NCBI GenBank assembly: GCA_012295275.1
Contig: CM022670.1
Location: 26,536,001-26,600,000 of the forward strand
Direction of reading: 5' to 3'
From: Chrysomallon squamiferum
Lineage: Eukaryota; Animalia; Mollusca
Length of the DNA: 64,000 bases
Position 1 is the stretch's first letter. Each line of letters begins with the position of its first letter. Below the pieces are notes generated by a model. It was not told the DNA's origin, made no database searches, and saw only the letters and a list, made by a program, of their open reading frames with translations. Shown here in pieces: positions 40,101 to 52,200 of the stretch. Both the position numbers and the translations under genes were made by a program.

Positions 40101-41808
40101 AGTTCAGGACAAGTGACTGGATCACATTTTGGTTCCTCCCCGCTCCAGGTACGATTTTCAAGACATCTTCTGATTTCAGTTCCATTCAGCTGATAGCCTG
40201 CATCACACAGATATCTGACAATTGATCCAAGAGTTAGATCTTTGTAATCAATGTTGCCATTGGCTACAGATTCAGGAGCATCACATCGTAGAGGCACACA
40301 GTGAGGTTCCCCATCTGTCCATGTTCTGTCTGCTTGACATGTTCTCACTTCATGGCCTTCCAACTCATATCCAGCTTTACATGAGTATTCTACTCTGTTG
40401 TTGTATTCCAAACCAAGAATATTAGCAAAACCATTTCGTATGTGTTCAACTGGCCGACATGTTATGATATTGCACCGTGGCACTTCAAAAGACCAAGTGC
40501 CATCACTCTGACATGTTAGATCTGATTCTCCTTCCAGAGTGTAACCAACATTACAAGTGTATGTAACCACATTTCCATAAGTGTAGCCTGAGGAACTTTG
40601 AAATGACCCATTCTGTATATCACCAGGAGGTTTGCACTCAACAGGATGACAAAAATGAACCACAGTGGACCATGATCCATCTTCCAGGCAGTTTCTCTCA
40701 GAAGGTCCTTCTAAAATATAACCTTCATCACAGCTGTATCTGGCAACTTGTGTAAATAATTTCAGGAGCTAACACACGACCATTTTCAATATCAGGTGGA
40801 TTGCCACACACAACTGGTTTGCAAACTGGGTCACTTCCACTCCAAGACAGATCAGCCTGACACTGACGTCGAGAGTCACCTACCAATTTATAACCTGCAT
40901 CACATTCATATACAACAGCGCTGTTGAAGGTGAAGCTATCTCCATTGTACTCTCCATGGTTTATATCTGCAGGACGTGGACATTCAACTGGCAAACATTC
41001 TGGGGCTGATCCACTCCAAGTGCCAGCTTCAAAACACTCACGTACATCATCACCAGATAAAACATAGCCTTCATCACACTCATAATACACAGAGGAGAGG
41101 TATGTCCGCTCATTACCAGTGACTCTTCCGTTGGCAATGATTGGTGGATCCGAACAAGTCACAAGTTGACATGGAGGAGGAGTATTATCCCATTGTCCAG
41201 AAGGCAGACATGTTATCTGTTCTTTTGCACTGATGTCAGTATTGGAAAATGTATAACCTGGATTACACTTGATAAGTGACTATGGATGACACAGTGTATT
41301 TTTTCAGCTGTGTTTCACGACTTCCATTTGGAAGGTCTGGTGGGTCCTCACATGATGTTTGATCACAAGCTGGTACAATCTTGTCCCAGGTACCATCTGC
41401 TTGGCATAGTATAGAATTATATGCTGTCTGCAAACGATTTCCTGGTGTACATGTGAAAATTACTTTGGCACCAGGTCTGTACACAGACTGTGAGTTTTTG
41501 ATACGAGTGTTCTGTGATAGCAGAGGAAGTGTACAGGTTATTTCTGTAAAACAATAGCAGTTTATTAATATCATATGATGGCTTTTATCAACTAAATAAT
41601 AGAAGAAAAAAATAATGATAAAAAAAATTCTAGTTTCATTAGTTTACATAATAAAATTACATTCTTAATTAAACTCCCTTTCAAACCAAAACATAAATTT
41701 TATTACTGTTCCATATACTTCATGGTCAATTTTATAAACCATAACACATCCTAACTTAAAAACAAATGAACATTCAGATATACTGATGAAATATCACAAT
41801 AATAAAAG

Positions 41809-41839
<31 letters not shown>

Positions 41840-43172
41840 AACTGAATATCTCACAAAATCACCAACAATAAAATAGACATTCAAAGTAAATTGCTTTTAA
41901 AAAATATAAAATTGGATATGATCAGATGGTAAATAAATAAAACTTGAAGACATGTGTACATGTGAAACAGTAAATAAAATGATAATTACCTCGACAAGAT
42001 GGCATCTCTCCCACCCACTCTCCATACTCATTACAATATAGAGTTTCTGATCCAGCCAGCTTGTAGCCTTTGTAACACTGGAAATTAACTGTCTGGTCAT
42101 AGGTGTAGACATGTCCTTCTAAATAACCATTTTTAATACTACCAGGATAGCCACAGTCTACTCCTGAAAATAGAAGTTTTTTATATTGAAAAAAAAGAAG
42201 AAGAAGAAACGAGAACAGTTAATGTCAAAATTATTAACTTATCATAGTTAATCATTATTTTAGCTATTACTACTGTTTCTGTTAATTGTTTATTTTTATT
42301 ATTATTATTATTATTATTAATATGACCTATTTAATTATTTTTATTTGCAGAAGTAGATGTGATAATAATGAGAGCAACACTAGTTGCAGTTATAAAAGTA
42401 GTAACTGAAGTAGTAGAGGTAGTTCTTGTAATAACAGTAGTAGTAGTAATAACAATTTAAGTACTACTGACAGTGGTAATAGTAGTAGAACTTGCAGTAG
42501 AAGTGGTAGTATTCATAGTAGATGTCTTATAAGATGTTGCAGTAGACACAGTAGTTATAGTAGTAGTAGTAGTAGTAGATGTAGCAGTAGTAATAACATT
42601 AGCAATATAATATCAGTTTTATGATTAATAAACAATAAGTACACAGTATTATAAAATCATTAACAAAACTGCCCAGAACTATACTGACTTTCACATAATG
42701 GTGGTTCTTCATCATATTCCCCATTTGCTAGACACTGTATTCTGTCATATCCATCCATAGCAAACCCCTTCCGGCAACTGTAAATGGCAAAAGACCCTAC
42801 TCTGGTACTGTTGAAAGTAACATCACCGTAGGTTGGCTTTGTTGGAGCAGGGCAGTCTGAAATTACATGTTTTTTTATTCACTTAATTTTACAAAATAAA
42901 TATTTAAACAAAAGTTAAACTAAAGAGAGTAATTTTGAAGTAAATACATTAATAAATATCTTTTTTTTTTTTTTTTTTTTTTTATCTGGTTATAAAATAA
43001 TTGATAATTAAATATAAATCAATATTCAAAATTCTTTGATTTTTGGGTTTTTTTTGTTGTTGTTGTTGTTGTTTGTTTTCTTAATAATTTTTAAATAAAT
43101 TATCATTTTGTATAAGACAATTCAAAGACAATATTATAATTGTTAGGTGCCTGTCCTATATTTTATATATGC

Positions 43173-43204
<32 letters not shown>

Positions 43205-46200
43205 CTAGATGAGTGTGTTAGTACCTATCTACTTACATAGATCTTATAAATGATTATATAATTTTTTTTCTTTCTGGTAGTATGTTTTCTTTTTGATAAC
43301 CATTTAACCTAAACATCAATCTTTGAACTACAGATATTATGAATTTTTTAAAATATTGAGAAAAATAATTATTAGTGTTTTCCTTTTGTTGCTCCTACAA
43401 TATTTAATAATGCTTATAATTTTTGTATGTTAAACATCTCAAAGACTTAAAATTTTGAAAAACTATATTTTATGGATTAGTATGTTAATTTGTTTCTTAT
43501 TTTAATCAACTTACAGCAAGTATGGATTTTTTATTTATTCCACAGGAACAACTATCTGGTCAACAGCCATAATCAGATCTTACAGGAATTTTCATTTTAT
43601 TTATTTCTCTGTTAGCTTCAGTTCCAGTTTGAATGTAGATCTGGGCTGTTATATAAATATCATTGTACTGATACCCATAGCAGAATATTTATTCAGTTAA
43701 GCAAAGTCTTTATTTAACAGTTAATAAGCAAAATATTTCATTTTTATATACTATAAAATATTTCTTTTTGTGGATATTGTTTTTTGGATGGTTGTATATC
43801 ATGCAATTATGATTTATAAATATCAGATACATTTCTGGCTCTAGTGTATATCTTGCAATAACTATCATAATCTTGAATAGCTCCTAAATGTAATTATTCC
43901 AAAAAGAAAGAAAAATATCCATGAAAATGAAGTGTTTTTCCAACACAGTCCATACATCTATTTCAAATGAAGTCAAATATATAGAAGATAAAATAAGGTT
44001 CCCATGCAAAAATGATGAAACAAGACAACAATTTAGGTGCTATTCAAACTATTTTATTTCACTATTAAACTGTAATCACATATTACTGAAACAACACAGA
44101 AAGAGTATTTTATAACACAATTAATTTTCTTTAATAAAAAGAATAAGTCATGATAATTCAACAAAGTTATAATTTATCTAAATTACATTAATATTAAATT
44201 AATAAACTGCAATTTTGTTTTTCAACCCATACACCTTCAAAAATCCACCCAAAACTATCAACCCTAAATCCTTACCTTCACAAAAATTATCTTTCTGATT
44301 ATAATTATTATGTAACTGTCTGGTATATAAACGTACCCAGTAATTGTTCTCTTGCAAAGAGGTTATGTTATAAAACCAAAGCTACTGGATTAAAACAAGT
44401 CAATTTATTTCATTTAAAACTGACTAACTGAAAATTGTTTCATTTGCAATAAATGTGAGTTATAATTAATTATGAACTACATATATAATTATTCAGGAAA
44501 GCATAGAAAAAAAGATTTTGAAATCATTAACATTCCAGCAACAAACAGAAAAGGGTAAGCAGATCTTCTGGTTTTAAAGCAAGTGTTTTATAATTACTGG
44601 TTAAAAGCAAATGGTCAGCAGATTCTGGTTACAAGCAGATGGTCCAAGTAATCCTGTAGTAAGCAAATGGTCAACATATTCTGTTAATAAGAACTCTTGC
44701 TCAAAAATGATTTTACTGATACAAGCTAAAGATAATCAAGATTGCTATGAAAAGCAAAAAGGTCTACTGATTCTAGGAACAAGCAAGTGGTCTACAAATA
44801 TTGGTGCCAAGCCAAAATGTCTAAATATTCTGGCTACAAGCAAGGTTCTGTGCACAAGCAAGAAAACTGTCCTTGACTCAGCAGATGGGTTGGAGGAGTA
44901 AAGTATAGTATAAAATCATCCTCTTCAGCAACAGTTACCTTTACAGAAGGATGATGAGGATTCTTTCATGTTTCCTTTCAGACCAGATAAAATATCAGTC
45001 CAAGCAACAACATTTCCATGAAAATCACTACAACTTGTCCTGAGAGATTCAATCACAGGCAGAGACAGCTCCTCATCCCAGATGTTTAGCTGACTCAGAC
45101 TGCCAATGTAGGACTCTGACGAAGAGAATCTGTTTTGCTGAAAGTCCTGTTCTTGTCCAATAACCAATGTGCCACCACCTAAAAAGTAGATATTATTATA
45201 TTAAAGAACTGATTGTAATATTAAATGAAATTTATTAGAGGTAATTTTTTTTAATAATTCTAAGAAGATTAACATCAATTTTGTGCTTATTTTTCTATTA
45301 CATGTACGTAAGTTAGTAAATGTAACATGGGATCCAAGTTCAACTGATAATAATATATAATATTTTTCATTCATGAAATCTCTTTTTTCTTTTGATGGAA
45401 ATGGTATTCAACCCAAACTAAAGAGATTGTTATTCTATCAATAATAAATTAAAAAATAATAATAATGATGAAAAAAAAGAAGAAAAGAATAATTTTGTAT
45501 GCCCAAAATTGTTTTAAATGTTTTTAAACATTTCAAATGACTAATAACAAATATGTTAAGAGAAATTCTCAATTGAACATCATATTACTAATTTTCCATT
45601 ACTGCCTGATCATTTTAATGTTACTAACTTCCAGTTTTTGATAAAGTATAACAATAAAACCATAACAGGCAGGGGCATTTTCCTCTTTTTAATGACATTA
45701 TTTAGTACATAAAACTGTCACTTAACAATAATTTACTCAGTCTATCAGGTTTTTATTTGTATGTGTTCACAAAGGTTGAAATTGATAATCCATATGAATT
45801 TCCTTCAGTATTTAACTGCAAAGCTTTATTATTAACAAAGCTATTTGTTTGTACTATCATATATACATTTTAATCTATGGAATTTGTTTTAAACTGGATT
45901 TTCTGTTATTTCAGAATATCAGTCTTTCTTTTACTTCTAAAAGTGCTGAACCATTTACCAGATATAGGTCTTCCTGTGGACAGATCAAATCCACTGTCAT
46001 TTATAACACCATCCAAATAGATTTTCCAAGAGCCACGGGAACTTGACCATGTTATTACAATGTGATGCCACCTTCCATCATTTGCTTCAATATCAGTGTG
46101 TTTTTTCTCTTGATTCACATACAAGACAAACCTGAAAATGAAAAAAAAAAAAAAAAAAAAAAATTCAACAAACAGTAAAGGGCTTATATTGTGTTTAATA

Positions 46201-49200
46201 TACACAGCTTAGGAATAATGGACCACTGCAGGATCAATCCTATTCTTTGCTCCCTTAGGGATGCACATTTAAATTAAGACATTGACATGTGAAAGTATTT
46301 AGCATTTCTTACACTAAAATAACGATAAAGAATAATTATAGACTGAGAAAATCATTGCAAAGATGGTGTATCCTCTATCTATTGTTATATTTTTTTTTCT
46401 AAATTTGTCTGAAAATCATAAAAATGTTTTTAATGCAAATCAAACATTTCCTTTACCATGCTTTTGGCTGTCACACTAAGTTCTGATATAATGAAGTATT
46501 ACCTAATATACCAACTGATGAATCTTACCCATTATAGTCTGTAAGGGTTAGAGCATTATCATATAAGCCTGCAGCATAGGAGAATGGTGTGCCATAGTTT
46601 TTGACATCATCAGTTTTCATCCAAAAAGATACTGTGACTGATGTCATTGGTCTGTCTATGGTCAACTCAGCAAAGTCAGTTGTTCCAGGGGAAGCAAAGT
46701 CAAGTTGATAGTTTATATCTATAGCTGTAGATAAAAAGTATGTATGTGTTAATATGGTGAAACCTTCCAGTCAGTTTATGCCAAGGTCAGCAACCTACAT
46801 CTGCACACAGACTAAAGCCATTTATATCTGTGTGCAGACTGTGGGCATCTATATCTATAAAATCAATAACACAAATAGAACTATGAATAGTATTTATTTT
46901 ATTTATGACAAATCTGGTTGCTGATTCATTTAAATAAATCACTATACTTGAAATGGTTTCTGCTGAAATAAGATGTTATTTTTTTCTTCATTGAACATTC
47001 ACACAGAGACCCCTGCAGGTCAAACAAATGCTGCTGTACACTGTAAGTTCTGAGTGGGTCCAAAATCTTTTATCAATTACATTTTAATACTTGATTTAGC
47101 TGCTAGCATTAATTTCAGACAACATTTACTGGTTCAATAAAAATATGAGAGTAATTATAATAAACCAGAATCTACAAAATCAAAAGAATCTATGGTTTCC
47201 AAGTTTCATGTTAACTGAATTAACTATACAACAAAATTACTAAATCGGTTCTGATCTTACAATCAAATTATAACTATTTCCAAAGTCTAAACACCAGTAT
47301 TTATGAAAAACATAAAGATATTATAAATTTGTTCCAATGCCTTTAATTGAAATGAAATTTCTTACTAGTACTTACTTTGTTCACAAGTAGTTCCTCTAAA
47401 TTCAGGCAGACAATGACAGATGAATTTTCCAACTCTGTCTTCACACTTGGCACCATTGAGACAAGGATTGGACAGGCACTCATTGATCTCTGTTTCACAC
47501 ACAGTGCCACTGTAACCAGTTTCACAGTGACATCTAGGTGAAAACAAAAGTGTACAAGTTTATTTTCTTCATAACAGACATCTATGTTTGTTTAACAACA
47601 TATGAAGATATATATCAGTATAAATTTATATACTGATTATTTATTTTTCAAAGAAGAAACAGAGCAGACCACATTTATCCAATAAGTAAAACTAGTATTT
47701 TCTAATTATGTAGTTTCCCATAGACATAAAAATAAAACCAAATCCTTTGATGGGCAAGCCATGTCAACATCTGCAGAGAGCTTTTCTGAAAGGAATGAAT
47801 GTTATTTAAAATATGCAATTTAGAGAAAATATTATAAAATAGAATGTTTATTATTGTAACATTCATTGACCATGCAACATGCAAAATTTATTTAAATAAC
47901 CTATTTACATAGACACAAGTTGTTAATTTCTTATCCTTCCTCCTTATCAAGATATTAAATCTGAAATCTTCTTCTGATCAAGACATTACATACCTGAAAC
48001 CTTCTTTATGATTAAGATATTACATACCTGAAACCTTCTTCCTGATCAAGACAAGTGCCATTATTTTTGCATGGATTTTCCAGACATTCGTCTATTTCAA
48101 TCTCACACGTTTCCCCTGTGAAACCCTCGGCACATTTACATGTGAAGCCATTGACCTCATCCACACAGGTGCCGCCATGACGACAAGGCTTTGGTGCACA
48201 CTCATCAATGTTTTCATCACAGGTTGCACCTGACTTAGAGAAGAGTATTTCATGAGGAAGACTTCCATATATTTTAATCTCTCTTCAATGTCTTAACACA
48301 GAAAACAGAAACTTAAATCCAACACTGTATAGACAGTGACATTGGCTGTACTATATTGTGCAAATAGATATCTGATATTAAAACGAGATATTGGGCATAT
48401 ATACTTGTTGACAGGCCCTCTTATAAATTAAACATTATATATTTCACAAACAATACAGTTTTGAACACTGGAAATATTCATCTTTTCTTTTTTTCTGAAT
48501 CTAATAATTCATAGATTTCCTCTAATCAGTATTTGATTTAAACAATACAATTTCTTGATTATTCTGCTTATAAATAAACTTATGCATCTGTTATATTTTG
48601 TCCCTGTGGATTCTGGATAAAATACAGTTGACTAATGTTTTCAAAAAAAACAACCCAGGACTGCTACTTACCCTGATAACCATCAGGACACCTACAAATG
48701 AAACTGTTTTGTCCATCAATACACACAGCGTTATGCTGACAGGGCTGAGAGTGGCACTCGTTAATATTTATTTCACATTTCTTTCCTGAAACATACAAGT
48801 AACAAAATACATTTCTATATTTCTTCCATTTCATTTGCAACATTTAATTCAACAATAATTTTCAAACCTAATAAAAAAATTTTTTACCAGCTTACAAAAT
48901 ATTAAAATGGATGACAGATAACAAGTACACATTTGAAAGACTCGAATATTTAATATTCTTAATATAAAATGTAATTCATTATAGAATATACAAATGTCAA
49001 ACTAGAGAAAAAGCCCACTAATAGATTCTAATGTCCATATAGTACTTAGAAACACTGTATCAATGTGAATTAAAACACCATAACATTTAAAGACAACTAC
49101 AGGTGACATACGATGTAAAGGTGAACTCAGTCTTTTTGAATTAATTTGATTTAAACTCCCCCAAAAAATTAATAATAATAATAACTGAAAAAAAACACAA

Positions 49201-52200
49201 CCAAAAACAACTATAAATTAAAACAGAAATTTAAAATCCTTAATCTGGATAAATAAAATAAAAATTAACAAAAATGAATGTGCAATACATAACAATGCCA
49301 CTTCTAGAAACCTGATGCACAGAGAAAAATATAAAACATAAAAGTTTGTATTATTAATAAAACTAGATATTTAAACTATATTAACAGTAATCTATAAAAT
49401 AAATTTAATGTAAAAGTTTTCACCCTCAAACCCAGGAACACATGAACACTGATATCCATTTGGAATGGTTGTACAAGATCCATTGTTTAGACATGGCTTT
49501 GTTTGGCATTCATCAATTATTTTATTGCACAGAAAACCTGAAACAACATTAAAATATTTTTGTTTAAATTTCATTTTAGAATGAAAAGAAATTTATCAGT
49601 ATGAATTTAAAAAGAAATTATTAAAAGCAAGTAATAACAAATTTTAAAATTAGAAACTTCACTGAATTATCATTTCAATATTTTTACAATTTTATGGACT
49701 AGCATTTGGTTAAAATGTAAAACTGATCAATAAATGATTCCTTCTAAAATTATATCTAATGTGGCTATTTATAAATATAAATATAACTGTTTTGCTATTA
49801 CTATCTGTATTTTAAAGTACTACTTTTACTACTACCACTCCACTGTCACCACTGTTGCAAGTACTTCAACTCCTCCTACGTTACAACAGTTACTACTATT
49901 AATACAAACAATACCTTTACTACTTACATGACAATTAATAATAATAAGATAAAAATAATTACCTCCAAAACCTGGTGCACATTTACAAGCAAAACCTATT
50001 CTTTTAGGTATACAAGTTCCACCAGCCATGCATGGATTTTCAAAGCAAGGATTCACTGCTATCTGCTGCTGTCCTCTTTGTTGAAACCCTGGGAAGTCAT
50101 TCTGAATGTCCCAGTCACCTACAGAAATAATTTAGAAAATAAAATATATGTACACATATAACAACAGGTAAGCTGCATACATAATGGAAATCACTTAGAA
50201 AGAAACTTACATAGACCACATAGCTGTAGCTCCTCATATGATCCATAAGGACCAAAATGGTATTTTTCAATATTAAATTTATTTTAGACAGAAAAGAAAA
50301 AAGAAACAAAACATAACACAAAGAGTGAGCTTCTTTAAGCAGTTTATGCAGTTTTTTAAACTGATTTCTTCTAATTATTACGTTTCCATGGTATCTAGTT
50401 TTTAAGAGAAATGATTTAACAACTTTCAAAGAATCTGGTATCTTATACAAACCTTTACAGTCTGATAATGCTGTGGATCCTGCATGTTCTGTCTCAGCTC
50501 CTCCAGGACACTCAAAACAAGCAGACTTTGCCTCATCTGACTGGTATGTGCCTATGGGACAAGCCAGGCAAGGCTGCAAGCCTGATTTAGATACATAACC
50601 AGGTGGACATCTCTCTGAAAAATCACAAACAATATTAATTACATACGGTAAAGTTACATGACTTCCTTCAGGGTCAAACTGAAGACAGAAAGGAGTGGGT
50701 GACAAATAGGATTAATTAACAAACTAAGCCAAAATCTGAAATATCATAAAATATTTGTAATTTCAAATAATAGAAGATATACATACTTTTACATTTTTCC
50801 TTTGTTCTGCTGCCTCTTTTTCTTGTTGTTGTGTTCTTTGGACATGGCAGACATTGTGTCTGTGCATACTCCTCTTGGTAGAAGCCTATCTGGCAAGTCT
50901 CACACTGTTCCAAGCCATTGACAGAGTAGCTGCCTGGCAAACATTGGGCTGGAAGAAGTCAACATCAAAATATCTTATACATATGAGATTTCTAATTATG
51001 TGTTATTTTATTTTATAGACTACTGATATACGCATTAAATATTAAGAAATGTCTTTATTAACAGAATGGTCAGGAAATGGCATTTTCGCCTTAGGTGTCT
51101 GTAATTTTATCTCTTTATGGCTGTATTGTCAATCTGCATTACCATCAACCAAATATATTGTTTGTTTCCATAATAACAAAATTCCTATATTCATATATTG
51201 TATGTGATATTTTGTGGGTTTCTGGAGGGGTTGTTCCATTTTTCTTTTTTTTCTTTACTGGTGTTAACATAAATTTATCAACACTTTTTATGTCAAATAT
51301 AAAAAGTACAGTATATGAAATTTATTTCCATTTTCAATACACTAAAATGCATTGTAAGGAGAAATAAAAACAAGGAGAAATAAAAACAACTATGTACCTT
51401 TACACTGACTAATCTGCTTTGTATTAACATTTTCTGTTGACTGATTAACTGGACACCACATACAAGCAAGAGCACCCTCTATTGGCTGATAAGTCCCCAA
51501 AGGACAACTCTGGCAGTGCTTGGTTATCACATTAAAATGAGTTCCAAATGGACACAGCACTGAAAAGAAAACAAAAGAAATTATAGGATTTATTAGCTTA
51601 GTGGATACATTTGAATGAGGGTATATAAAACTGTAGATTTAAACTATCTGAGTATTTATAATATTCATACTGAATGTCTCTATTAAATTTGTACATAAAA
51701 CTTTTCTGGTCTAAATATAACAAAGATAAAATAGAGATAAGTGTTCTGTTAATTCTATTTTGTTTGTTTTATTTCTCAAATAAACTCACCACATTTACTG
51801 TCTTTTAATATGCTTCCTTCTTCACATACAAATCTAGGACCTTCTGAGTTGAAAGAAACATTAGCAAACTCAACCACTAAACCTTCAAGGTTAAGGTTGA
51901 AAGTTCCCATTTTTGTCTCATTCTGGAGTGTTTTCAGAATGAGTTTGATGTTGTTCATCATCAGCTTTTGTCGTCTGCTGTCTTCTTCCACATTGCCTGT
52001 TGGTGACATAGAGGCTGTTGAACAAAAAATGTTTAAAAATTACATTCATGACACAGAATGCACAGCTTCAATTTCTTATTCATCAGATTATTGACAGAAA
52101 TCGTCTTGGAATTAGAAACTACATTTGAGCTGCAAAAAAGGAAAATTATTGGAAGTAACAGTGCTGAGGTTTTATCCCTTCACTGTTGGTTCTGAGCTGG

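Noticed and set aside
39938-41271. Programmed ribosomal frameshifting as the explanation of the SVEP1 breaks
   Set aside because: The three sites share no slippery heptamer or shifty-stop motif, and three sequential shifts would yield very little full-length protein. Kept only as a remote alternative.
44557-44862. CRISPR-like look of the periodic 28-bp repeats and the + strand ORF 44611-44901
   Set aside because: The units abut without unique spacers and are degenerate. The context is a eukaryotic intron with no cas genes. The period is not a multiple of 3, so the ORF is incidental.
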